Source of the DNA: Paecilomyces variotii
Lineage: Eukaryota
NCBI GenBank assembly: GCA_004022145.1
Contig: RCNU01000003.1
Strand: one strand, 5' to 3'
Length of the DNA: 64,000 nucleotides
A program made the position numbers and the translations under genes. Below are positions 39,212-51,484 of the stretch, one piece after another (within the stretch, counting starts at the first letter, position 1; each line of letters opens with the position of its first letter). Under the pieces are notes generated by a model. That model saw only the letters and a program-made list of their open reading frames with translations, did not search any database and was not told the DNA's origin.

Positions 39212-40534
39212 ATGTCCATTGACGTTAACTGGGAGAGAGCCACTTCTGGTCCTGATGGTGAGGCGCTTGCGGAGCGCATCCGCTCCTTCATCCATGACAA
39301 GTTCCAGCAAGTGGCTCTTCCTCGATTCATCCGCTCAGTCCAGGTCCACTCCTTTGACTTTGGCACTGTAGCTCCAGAACTTGAGATCAAGGACTTTTGT
39401 GACCCGTTTAGCGATTTCTACGAGGAAGACGAGGATGGAGAGATATCAGACGAGGAGGAGCTCTCCCCGGAACAATGGCATGGCGGCCCCCCAGACCTTC
39501 ACGAACGCAGCTTTGCAGACGAGACGAGGACGAATCAGCAATATCGGCTTGGTGCAGACAATGAACCGCATCCTCATGTCCGCTCTCCTTTTGGGGAGCA
39601 TCTAAACCCTCCATTTCTTCAGCGATCCGGCACCCCCGTCATACCAGGAGGGACGTCAAACTTGGGCTACCATTTGATGCTTGGTGGTCTTTCTGGCACA
39701 CAGACTCCGCTTGCGGCAGTAGCAGGTGGTTCTCCATTTGCCAATGCCTGGTCAGATCCTTCGAGAGATCGAACTGCCTCCCGTCTGAATAGACCACAGG
39801 GGACCGCCGAGGCACAGAGAATCTCCGAAGGCGATGTTGATACTGGCTCACCGTCTCGCCCATCTACTGCAAACACAGTCCCTTCTCGACCTTCTGTACC
39901 TCACAGCGGTGGCAGTTCCTCCAACAATACTAGCGGCGACCCTGCAATCTCCAATGGCAGTGACCACCACCCTGCATCTCTCCGCCCTCACCCCCAGGAT
40001 GAAGAGCACCTGGACCCGTCTGATACCCACCTTCATCCCCTGCCGCCACGCATGCGGGAGCGCCGTCCGGAGGATTTTCAGGTTATCTGCCGCGTCAAAT
40101 ATGCAGGGGACATAAAGCTGTGCCTGACAGCGGAGATCCTCCTGGATTACCCAATGCCTAGTTTTGTCGGCTTACCACTCAAACTGAACATCACCGGCGT
40201 CACCTTCGATGGGGTTGCTGTTGTCGCCTACATACGGAAGAGAACTCATTTCTGTTTCCTCTCTCCGGAAGATGCGGATGCTCTAATCGGGGCGGAACAA
40301 GAAAAGGAGTCTAATGACGGACGACCACGTTCGAGTGGCGGCGGGGCTTCATCAGGACGCCGTGTCGGTGGCTTGCTACAAGAGATTCGAGTCGACAGCG
40401 AAATTGGCCGCAAGGAAGATGGGAAACAAGTCCTGAAGAATGTAGGCAAGGTCGAGCGGTTCGTACTCGAACAAGTCCGCCGTATCTTCGAGGAGGAATT
40501 CGTCTTCCCGAGCTTTTGGACTTTCTTGATCTGA
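39212..40534 (+). CDS. mdm12: Mitochondrial distribution and morphology protein 12 (ERMES SMP-domain subunit)
   Basis: MSIDVNW..RIRSFIHDKFQQVALPRFIRSVQVHSFDFG, LLDYPMPSFVGLPLKLNITG, VLKNVGKVERFVLEQVRRIFEEEFVFPSFWTFLI. Confidence 0.95.
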   Translation: MSIDVNWERATSGPDGEALAERIRSFIHDKFQQVALPRFIRSVQVHSFDFGTVAPELEIKDFCDPFSDFYEEDEDGEISDEEELSPEQWHGGPPDLHERSFADETRTNQQYRLGADNEPHPHVRSPFGEHLNPPFLQRSGTPVIPGGTSNLGYHLMLGGLSGTQTPLAAVAGGSPFANAWSDPSRDRTASRLNRPQGTAEAQRISEGDVDTGSPSRPSTANTVPSRPSVPHSGGSSSNNTSGDPAISNGSDHHPASLRPHPQDEEHLDPSDTHLHPLPPRMRERRPEDFQVICRVKYAGDIKLCLTAEILLDYPMPSFVGLPLKLNITGVTFDGVAVVAYIRKRTHFCFLSPEDADALIGAEQEKESNDGRPRSSGGGASSGRRVGGLLQEIRVDSEIGRKEDGKQVLKNVGKVERFVLEQVRRIFEEEFVFPSFWTFLI

Positions 40535-41129
40535 CCTCGTCCTCGAGACGACACGTGATTGATTGTATACTAACGTTGACGCGTTTACGAAGTAATGTGC
40601 AATGTATGCTTGTAGATATATAACAAACAACATAGTGAGAAGAATGATGGTGCGAAGAATATTGCGGTTTACAGGATTGTCCTTACCGAAGCGACCGAGT
40701 GTACATATCTAATCCACTGAGGATCCACTGCATTTATGTATTTTTCGAATAAGATACAACTGTCAATTGGTGCAGCGTGCACATAATGGAAATAGGATGT
40801 GTTGCTCACGTAGACTCTGGCGTTGGCTAGATACATACATGCATGCTTAAGATACATTTTAAGAGATGACAAAGTTATCGCTCTGGAAGTTTGAATCGGA
40901 TCATTTGACATGGAGCGGATATACTAGCGGCCTACTTTTCGTAGACTAGTATTCTCCAAAGGAACGAGACGGGAGATCAAATGGCACCGGGAGCCGCGTG
41001 GAGGGGCGACGGCCCCGAAGACGATATCTGGGCTAGTCACGGCTGTAGCGAAGCATGGCGAGACGACCCCCAAGGCTCAATGCTTCTGGTATGCGGGCAG
41101 AATAGCATCTTTGCCCTTCATTGTCGCGT

Positions 41130-42085
41130 TTATCGGTCCTTCTTTGGAGTGTTGTCGGCAGGGGAGACCTGATCGCCCAGGTTGTGGTACTCGCGGGATA
41201 GTCCCTCAGCCTGCTTCTTCAGAGTCTCGATGTCACGGTCCTTGGCCTCAAGCTCCTTCTTGAGACGGCCGATCTCGCCAATGCCGCCAGCCTGAGCCAA
41301 ACGGGCAGAGTCCTTGCCGCCGGCCTTGCCATCACCTTCGAGCTGCTTGACCTTGTCCTCGAGACGGAGAACATCAAGGATCATGATGTAGGTACGGTTG
41401 AGAATCAGAGAAAGGAAGAGAGTAAAGCCGCACAGGTACATGTTGCGCTGGGAGTAGAACTTGCGGGCCTGAACCTCCATGCGTTCGGAACCGAGGGCAG
41501 CAGCTCTGCTAAGATTATGGTTAGTCTATTTCCATAACCACAGATCCAATTTCTTCGCATCAGAGGTATCATTGAACACTAACCCGAGGCTGCTACCATC
41601 CTTAGCGAAGGCAGCCAACTCAATCTGCACACGGTAGACGCGGTTGACACTGTCAATGAAGAGGATAAGGATGAAGATGAAGGTAATCTGCATGAATGTC
41701 ATTAGCATATTGGCTGTAAGGAAAACCTGGCAGATTTTAGCCTTTGCATACCTTCAGCCCATACTGCAACTTAGCTATCACTGGACTTTCCGATATGAAA
41801 GTGAAGATCTTCCGCTTGACGGTGAAGGGAAGCGGGACGATGAGGGCCATAAAGACGGCCATCTCGAAGACGAGAAGGAGGAAAACCTGAACAAATAAGA
41901 TCATTGATTAGCTTCCATCCGTACTGACCCATCGGCATTGAGCTGGATGCTCTGGGGTAAAGACGTCCCCAACAGCTGAGCCGCGCCCATAAGAGCTATC
42001 GTAGCTGCAATGTACGAGACACAGAGAGCAAAAACACAGAAGAAAGCAACTCAGTAGTACTCACGAGACTGTAATAGAGCGTCAT
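41130..42085 (-). CDS. yet3: BAP31/Bap29 (Yet3-like) ER membrane protein, 4 exons (42065-42085, 41752-41886, 41584-41687, 41130-41505; 211 aa)
   Basis: MTLYYSL|VFLLLVFEM..., ARKFYSQRNMYLCGFTLFLSLILNR, coiled coil, C-terminal KKDR (KKxx ER retrieval). GT-AG introns with branch sites keep the frame. Confidence 0.9.
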
Positions 42086-42626
42086 TCTGGCAAGACTCGA
42101 TTGCAAAAGAGTCTAGAGAGAGTAATGAGTCTGTTTATGGAGGCGTGTGGCCTAATCGAGAAGAGCAGCAACGCCGTTGAATTTTTCGTGATTTTCAAGG
42201 AGTGAATCCCATCCAAAGCACCCAGCGGGGTTAACTGAATGCAATTATGGAAACAGGAGATGACCAGGTGTGTCGTTGAAGATGTTAGAAGACGAGAGTC
42301 GAGTGGCCGAGGACAAGGTGAGGTGGTCTCAACAGCTCCGTTGCGTGGGCAGCACTTTCCAAGACGTCATCCATCCACGGTTGCGGATCAGGGAACGGCA
42401 CGTGATCTACCCGTTTGAGCATGCGGGTCAGATCTCCCGATCAGGGAAGTTTACTAACTACTCCAAGTTCTAGATACGAGCCCTAGACAAAAACAAAAAT
42501 ACAGCAAGAGTTTCACAAGCTTGAGATTAGTTTTTGGTTTCACTGTATTCTATTGCCATGAACTTTTATATATACATTGCAGAAATAGCCGCTCATCTAT
42601 CTATGCGTGTGCAAAAATCTTTATTT

Positions 42627-44971
42627 TTAACCCTGCGCCTCGACATCATAGGCATTGGACTTGTGCTTAGGCTGGAAATCAAATTCCTTGTGGACAGGAC
42701 CAAGGAACATCTCACTGGAGGAATCTAGGTCAGTAGAGAATAACGACACTGGAGAGATGATGTGAACTTACGTGATCTTGACCCAGTCCTTGTAGTTGTC
42801 ACTACCCAAGAGAGTCTCCAATTCGTTTCTGCCCCTCCATCTTGGAGGTCGGTCCTGAATGCTGGGGGGCAGGTACTCCAGCAGACCAACCGGGATATAA
42901 CGGTGAGTGAAGTTTAGGAATTCGAGTAAGAATTTTCGGGTGATACCAACTCCGTACTCGTCAGCGCCCCACGCTTCGAGACCGTATCTGGCGAACTTCT
43001 CGACGTATGTCAACCGCTCCGAGGCTGACTTGTCGAGATACTGTCCTTTCTGGATCTCCTCGAAAAGCCACGGCTTGATGAGCGCTCCACGACCAATCAT
43101 GACGGAGTCGACACCGGCATTCTGTATGTGGTTGTTGTAATCTTCGTATGAGTAGCAATCTCCATTGCCGAGGAAGTACACTTTGCCGCCAGCCGGCTGA
43201 GTTCTTTCATCCGCCTCACGGATTGTGTCCGCTGCAGCGTCAGACTGCTCGTTCAGTCTCTTTATGAGCGCTGAACACTCGGAAATATAGCCCCAGTCGG
43301 CCTTGCGTGTGTATCGTTGTTCCCTGCTTCGTCCATGCAGTGTGACCGCGGCAATACCAGGAGGTCCGAGGCCCGCCACTTGCGATTCATATCCTCCGTG
43401 AAGAAGTCTTTCGGCGAGCTTCAAGGCGGTAGGATTATTATCCTTGGTGCCCATGCGGATCTTCACCGTAATGGGAATGTCCTGTGAAACGGCATTCATA
43501 CCTCGCAGGATTTTCTCCAGCTTTGCGGGATGATCAAGAAGGGCAGAACCAGCTCCCTCCCGGTATACAAGATCGATGGGACAACCGCAATTGAGATCAA
43601 TGACACGCAGATGAGGGCAAAGAGCCGATATAACCTCAGTAGCCTTCAAGGCTTGCCATGGCTTATTGGCCGCGATCTGGGCACCGAACTTGAAGTCCTT
43701 AGAGTTATCATACCCCTTCACCACACTGGCATCTGGGGAGATAGTGGGGGGTAGCATCTCTGTTTCGTGGGCCTTCATCAGCGCCCACTCTGATTTAGAA
43801 CCTTGAATAAGTGGCATGCTCATAGCCATTTCTGAATAGGTGAACTGTGCTCCCAGCTCAACGCACAGTCTCCTGAAAGGCAGGTTTCCCTGCGTGGTCA
43901 AAGGTGCCAGGGTAGGAGTCTCGGGGCCAAAGTAAATCCGTCTCTTCTCTGAAGGGAGGAATGGAGGCTCAGTATATTGTGCTCTGTTCTCCTCCTTCTC
44001 CTCCTTTTCCTCTTTCATTTCCCGATTGGCTTCATTCTCATTGGGTGCGGACTCTGTTCTCTCAGGTCTCTCGCGCCCGTGGAGGGCCTTCTCCAGCTCT
44101 CTGGTTGACTTCTCAATCCAATTGGTGAAGGCATCTGCTCGTGGCGTCTTTGTCTTCTTCCTGGTGAGGGCAACCTTATCAGCAATGGGGACGGAGTTGG
44201 CAAATCCATCCTCGGCAAAAGGAACCAGAGGTTTCGCATTCTGCTTCCTTTCCTCGTCCTCAACAAGGACCAGCTCCTGTCTGCCGTCCTCAGTCGTCCG
44301 CTCCGTCATGTGGGAGCCCACGAATCGGCATTTCCAGCCAACGGGGCATTTCCCTCTCGCGTCCCAGACAGGACAGATGCCATTGAACGTGGTGAGATCC
44401 TCACGCTTATGCTCCTTCAAGTACTTGCGGAGATCGTGTTCAAATCTGCACCCGTCGCCAAAGGGACATTCTAGAGGAGAGAACGCCGGCTGGAACATGC
44501 GAGACTGGCAAAGTCCCTTCTCATCCTGAGCAATTTTAAATTTCCGGTGTGTGTTTTGTCCCTTCTCCTTCTTTCCCTTCTTCTTGCTGCCGCCGTCGCG
44601 ATCCTCATGAGAGGCCGCTTCAGCAGCGTCATCATCCTGCGTTTCCTGTACGGTTGTTTGTCCACCGATGGGATAGATCAGGTATCTAGAAAAGAATCAT
44701 TAATAATAAGAAGATGGATCCAACATGATCGTAGAAAATGCGAGACATACTCTGCTTTGACAGGCGCAGTACCCCGCGGCCGCTGAGGACGACCATCGGA
44801 CGCCTGCTTCTCTGTAGATGAGGTGTCCTCCAACTTAACCTTTTTTGCGGGAGGTTCCTCAGCCCCGTCTCCATCAGAAATGGCATCAGAGCCATTCTTT
44901 CCGGGGACAGTCGTTTCCTTTGGGGTGACCATTGGTTGCGGAGTGTCCGCTTCAGTCGCCGCGGGAGCCAT
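42627..44971 (-). CDS. dus3: tRNA-dihydrouridine(47) synthase Dus3, 3 exons
   Basis: CCCH fingers ([20 protein letters not shown]), [46 protein letters not shown]. Short last exon [16 protein letters not shown]. Introns near 44690-44750 and 42716-42771. Confidence 0.95.
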
Positions 44972-47900
44972 GATAAGGACAGCGCTGACCTGTTCGTTAT
45001 AACGAACAAAAAAAGGAAAAGTAGATGCACGTCCCTTGTGAGACCTATCCGATCACTCTTTGTCCCTGATCTGGTGTTCTTGTAAACCTGACCGCGCGTA
45101 AACTAGCCCTCAGATTGCTATCATTGCGTCGACTCTCCGCACAAAATTCGAACCGTGCCCGCAAGAACCCACAGACCAATAAGAGGGGCAGATCGCAAGA
45201 AGCTTGTTTGCAGTGTTTGAGAAAGGGGCGTGACCGCTTTGGCAGAAAGAACTACTCAGTCTCCAAGTCTCCAACTACGGAGTACTATTATCTACCATAG
45301 ACCTCATCGCGGGACAACTGTTCTGGGTAATAATGAATCCGACAGGATACTTGTAAAATTACCCTCGCGCGAGTACGTTACAGAGCTCCCCGTAAGTACA
45401 AGACTCACCGTTCTGCGCCCAGGCCTCCCAACGCTCTGGAGAACTTCGAATTCGAGGACCGGCGAGCCGAACCGGCCAGTCACGCGAAAGCCCACAAATG
45501 GAACCGAGCTAGAAGCGATGGAAAACCTTCTGGAAACTCTCTTTTTTCTGCTCTTGGGCCTCATGGGAAAAGGGTTGATGCGCCACGACTGCTCTCCCAC
45601 TCCGCTGGCCGACGTCCCGACGAGTCTCGGTGAGTAGCCGACAAGAATAATGGTGGCGGGTAATTACTTAACTCGAGCTAATCACACGTTTCCTGTCGTC
45701 TCGAGAGGCGGCGCCAGCTATGGGAGCCAGCATCCACCATCCACGTTCTCATGTCGATCTGGTACAGACGATTGACGGGTGCCGGGTCACAACTACTGTC
45801 CGTCCCCTTGGGTCCTGTTTCACGCATCTAATAGGAAACGTCGCCTTGGTCCACCGTCAAGCCATCATCCAGCGGTGTGCGCTCCGTATTATTAATCCTC
45901 GATCTATCAGTTATTTCTCCTTGTTGGCCTTCGACATATCACAGCCGAGGATCCGGTTCTCGCGTTCTGTAAGAAGTGCCGAGAAACTGAGTTGAAAGTC
46001 TCCGTGACTCTGGAATCTGGACAGTGTTGGTTTGCATGGAGTGTGTTCTCTGAGCGTGTAGCTAACTACTCTTCGCCTTCCAACATCTGAGACAGTGGTA
46101 AGACTGTTCCAGTCCAGCCTCAGTGGAGAAAGTATGCGCAATAATTACTCTAGAGCGTATAAACCCTGGGTCTGGAGATGGCTCAGTCGCGTGCCCATAT
46201 GCCCTCCTCAGATCCGTCAATTTACTCCAAAAATATTATTGCAATAATAATTGGAATCTGAGACAACAACGCCTGTATTCATGGTAAGTGTTGTCCCACT
46301 CTCTAACCGCAGTAAACAAAGCTCAATAATAAACCACAAAACGATAGTACGAAGGAGCTACTCAGCCCTGTGTGCTTAGCCGTGGTGTCTCGCAATGATG
46401 TCGAAGGCTTTCGAGGGTTGGCATTGACAAGAGCCGCTGCCACTTTACGGTGGCGGCTGACGAAGTCTTCGGTATGCCGGTTGCTGATCATCTGTCCACA
46501 CTGAAGTGTGGTCAGCTTGGTAGGGGCATTCAGAAATAGTTCAAGTATTTTTTAATCGGTTCTGCGTTGAGCGTAAGAATACATAATAATAATAATAATG
46601 AATGGAAGACGTCAGCATCTGCCATCCATGCTGTTAAAGATCTAAATCGCTGCGGTTATGGAGAGCAGACCAACGGAGATCTGCCCGGGCCACGAGCTGC
46701 TCCCGGGAACAAAGTCCTAGCCCCCGCAACCTGGATTTCTGGTGGCAGACCACATGAACACTTGTGATCTATAGACTAATTAGTTTACACCGCACAGGGA
46801 ATATCCTGGATCTGCTCTGCCGCCGTTTCATTCAGGACGCTCCCCGGAATGGGGATCGAAAGCGATTGCCATCGATCCGAAAGACGACATACGGAAAACA
46901 TAGTCCTGTCTGCCTTTGAATTATTATTGCAGGATCAACTACTCCGTAGTCTGCAGTGTATTATTTCAAGTCGGCATTTGAACTTGCCAGGCGGCGTCAT
47001 CTAGAAAGGACGTTAGCGCCATCAGTCTCGGCGTGGAATCCACTTGTACCCACCGTCTGACTGAATTTTGCCTCTGTACCTGAGTTGGAACGCTTCGGGG
47101 ACCGGACCTCGGGGCGGGAAATCAACGAATGATATGTCAAATGCAAGAACAAATAGACAGCGTCTTCGTGGATGCCACCATGGAGTCCCTGGACCCTGCG
47201 GTAAGTTTCACGCTGAACTTTGAAGGGACCGTACAACTCTGTCCTCCCAGAGCCGGGTCACCTGCGACAGCCACCATCGAATGGGAAGCTATGGATGACC
47301 CTAGTCGATATGCGTGTGTAAATTGACCGGGCAGAAGGAGGATCGATGGTGTCCCTGCCGGCCTTTCTTTCTAGCCGGATTCGAATAGTATTTCCAAGGC
47401 GGTGACGGTGGGAGAGTATCCCTTCCAGGAAAGTCTGTCCGATAACCGGTAAGATCTGAAATAGACCGAGGTATGGTTGTTCAACAGTAATAATAATAAG
47501 GATGAACACGCTAGGTTGACCTTGATATCCAACATGCTTTGGTAGTGGCAGATTTAGTTATAGCTAAGGTGGGGAAAAGCAGGGGCACATCTGGTGGAAA
47601 TGATCTTTCAGATTCCATCCGACTTAAGTCGTCGAATCTCCATGCTTTTTGGCACCATACGGTTGTGCGCCCTGGGGAGACCGACGGTCCCTGATGGAGA
47701 TGCGAAGGGATCCATATTTAGTGGTAGCTCGAACCTATGTATCCTGTTCTTGCTCTCAAACGTGCCACATACGAAGATTCACGGAAATGGCGGGTCTTGA
47801 GCCAACGAGAAATAGACATCTTTGAAGATCCCGAACGGGAACCAGCACCAGACGTGCGGATCCGTATCAATAGGGTCGTCCCCGCAGGACGAGGCAGGAT

Positions 47901-49330
47901 CATCCATCATTATTATTGGCGCTTAAGGGGTGTTGCAACGCAGAACAATGGGTGAAGCGAAACTGCCAGGAAACTTCGGAACTCCGATGCGTTACTGCAG
48001 GGGCTGTGCACACATTTTCCACGGGGCAAGAAGAATGTCGAATGAGGCTTGAGTTTGCATTCGAAGGGCTACCGTTTATAGAGTAGTTAGATAGGTAGAC
48101 TCTCGAGTCTCCGGAGACATAGTTCGAATAGTTAGTTAAGGCGAACGCTGAGAAAGCATTATCTCCAATTGACCCGGGAGTGAGGACTGGCGGCACCGAT
48201 CAACGAAGCCGTCCTTGCCAGGCTGAAGCGGTGCGGACTGGTCTGTGTGTCTAGTTACATCGGATCCATGGGTCGACAGAGTAATAACGGTCGACTACTG
48301 TAGTAGTTAGTACGGTGGCAGGTGGGTTTGGTCCGTATGGCGGTTGGCCATGCTGCTTCAGACAGGAGAGCGCGGCAGAGCCCAAAGGCCGCCGAGGTCA
48401 GTGCAACTTGACGGCGTCAGTAGGTTTCCTCGAGAGCCCGATCGTCCGGGGAGATACCTCGAGAGTCGATTTCCTTGGGTCCTGTTTGGTGGCTGACAGT
48501 GTCCTACACGAGCGCAACGAACATTCTCGTGTTCCTACCACCAGTCCAACAATCCAGGGGGGGCTTTCTGTCTCCCAGCAGGGGGGCTCTGGTTGGATCT
48601 GATAGATGATAGATCTAACCAGACCAGAAAAGAGAATGCTTCGTGGTACCGATCGACTTGTTCTACCATAAGTTGCCCAGCAGCAACTGGCCCGGGCTCA
48701 ATCATGGTCAGGCAAAGTATACTACTAACTACTACATAGTTAGCATAGCAGAAAGTAAATTATCCTGGCGGTATAGACGCGGTAAAGACCGGTAATGGCG
48801 CGTGTATTGTAATTACGGGAATCCCGCCGGCGTCATCTCTGCCATCATCGACTGTGGCCGCTAGGCTGCAAGCGGTCTGCTGGTCTGCTCGCCCGGAAGT
48901 CCATGGATCGCCTAATTGCCTCCCTTGGCGCCTCCAGCCTCAAGGCTGCTCCCGGGCGCCAGTGACGAGCGTATCACGCCGTTTCCCCTCCTGGCGTATC
49001 GGCGTTACCAGGGAGTATTATTACCGTGCCCTTACGCGGACTGCCAGACCATATCATTATCCCATCTCCTCGGACTGTCGCTTGTTTTCATCATCCTGAT
49101 CCGTCCTGTCTCCGGACATCTATCGAGAGGCTGAGTAGCGGAGGGTTGTCTGTCGTTGCAACGTCAAAACGTTGTGGTTGTTGCTGCTGTCGCTTCTTGT
49201 TGTTCGTCTCATCTCTCCGCCACAGAAGGTCGCAACATCTCTCTCGGACTACCCCAAAGCGGGAACTGGACGTCGAGTGTGGACTCGCTGTGTAATAATC
49301 CCGCCCCAACCGCCATCGACCGTCATCTTC

Positions 49331-51484
49331 ATGCGCGAGTCCGCAGAGATTCAGACACCTCCTCCCCTTCACTACTCGCCCTCCATCAGCGACCGTGATC
49401 CGTCGTCAACTAGAGAATCGACTCCCGTCGACACTCCATTCGGTGTTGGCGTACCCTCTTCGCGCAGGCCCGAGAGGGAGAGAGATCATTATTTCGGCAG
49501 ATTCACTGGTGCTGATAAATCCGCCTCCTATATCGACCACGAACTCCTCGAGCCCGATTTTGAAGGAGACAGCAACCTTATACTCTTCCCGCTGTCTCCT
49601 CCCGAACATTCCAAGATGACCGGCCCGGCGGCTCCTCTCGACATCTCTGGGCGTCAGACGTCGGTGTCGCCGCCTGGACAGCAAGCGTCGAACCTGACGT
49701 CCGCCTTGCAGAAGGCTGGTAATGGAGAAAGGTTGGGCAGCTTCTCCAATGCGGCAGGAAACAACTTCAATTCATTCAAAGCCAATGTCGCCCGCAAAGA
49801 CTCGATCACCGCCACCATGGCACAGTGGGGAAATGGCACTAAGCCCATCTCCGTCTCCGGATCAAATCGCGATAAGCAGCAGCCTCGTCGCGAGTCGCTG
49901 GCAGGCAGCTTGGTTGGAGGGATGAGCTGGGGTGGTATTTCAGTTGGCAGCTGGATTCGAGATGAGTATGTATCCCGAGGAGAAGCTGCATGCATGTGGC
50001 ACTGACGAGACTTGCAGTATTATCATGACGGGCACATCTCCCTTTACCTTTCAGTCGCCCTCTTTCCACTCGTCCTCGTATCTACCTAAGCTTGAAGCAA
50101 ACTTCATGCGCGATTTTTCCTGCTGTGGTGTGACTCTTCCGTCGCTGCATGACTTACTGCAACACTACGAAGAGGCCCATGCCCAGAAATCCCCCCAGCC
50201 GGGAGGCCAGCGCCCAAGTCACAATGATCACAGAGCTGCCATGGCAGCCGCCATGTCAGCTGCACAGCAGAGTAACCAACAACAGGGCCTGGGGAACCGG
50301 GGAATGCAGTCTGAGCGGTCGTTCGACCAGCAGCGGAAACTGACGCCAAACCACTCTGCTCACAACCACCAGAACCATCTGGTTTCGGATGTGGATACGA
50401 TTGACGATATGGAACTGGACGACGCAATGGGTATGGATACTGGCTCCTCGCAGATGTTTTCCTCACAATCTCAGGACAACAACCAAGGTGGATTTGGCCA
50501 GCAGAACCAGAGAGTGCCGCCTCTCAATCTCAGTATGCTCCAAGGTCACCAGGGCCTGCGGGGTTCACAGCCAGGCACGCCGGTCGCCTCTGGCCGCAGC
50601 CTTCCTTTACAGAACAACCCAACTGTTTCTTCCGTCAATACACCTACACTCATGGCCAACCCTCTTCAGAACCAATTCAGAAATACACCCGACTCTTCGG
50701 GCCCCGGAACCCCTGCAGAACTAGACGAGAGCATGGTTGGCGGTTTCGGTGATTTGTCGATGCAGAATAACAACATGATGGGGAGTCAGTCTCAATTTTC
50801 TGGGTTCGGTGGCAACAACAATAACAATGATATGGTGGATCTTTGCATCGATGAGCCGGCGAAGCGGTTATTCAGCCCTAATGGCGGCTACAGTAATAAT
50901 TCCCAGCAGAGTGCCCACTTCCGACTCGGACAGGCTCAGTACGGTCCGAACAGCGATATCGCCCGGCGCATTCGCGAGCAGCAGCTGTTGGCAGGCGTCC
51001 CAGACACGATGGCTCTGTTGCCAAATGAAGAGCCAAAGCCGTTCAGATGTCCTGTCATTGGATGTGAAAAAGCATACAAGAACCAGAATGGTCTCAAGTA
51101 CCACAAAGCGGTAAGTACCCATCGGTTATTGGTTATTATCCCATATGGTATGACTGACTGATATGGGTACAGCATGGTCACAACAATCAACAATTACATG
51201 ATAATGCTGATGGTACATTCTCCATTGTCAACCCTGAGACATCTACTCCTTACCCAGGCACGTTAGGTATGGAGAAAGAGAAGCCCTACCGGTGTGAGGT
51301 TTGCGGCAAGCGCTACAAGAACCTTAACGGTCTCAAGTATCACAAATCTCACTCTCCTCCCTGCAACCCTGACCTCCAACTGGCCGCTGGTCGAAGCTTG
51401 AATGTCGGTGGAGTCATGCAAGGTCAGAACATCAACGTGGCTGGAGCTGGTCTCCCCGGTATCGGTGAGGAGGGACTGATGTGA
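49331..51484 (+). CDS. sfp1: Sfp1-like split C2H2 zinc-finger transcription factor, 3 exons (introns 49966-50017, 51111-51172); start may instead be 49616
   Basis: [99 protein letters not shown]. Confidence 0.92.
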
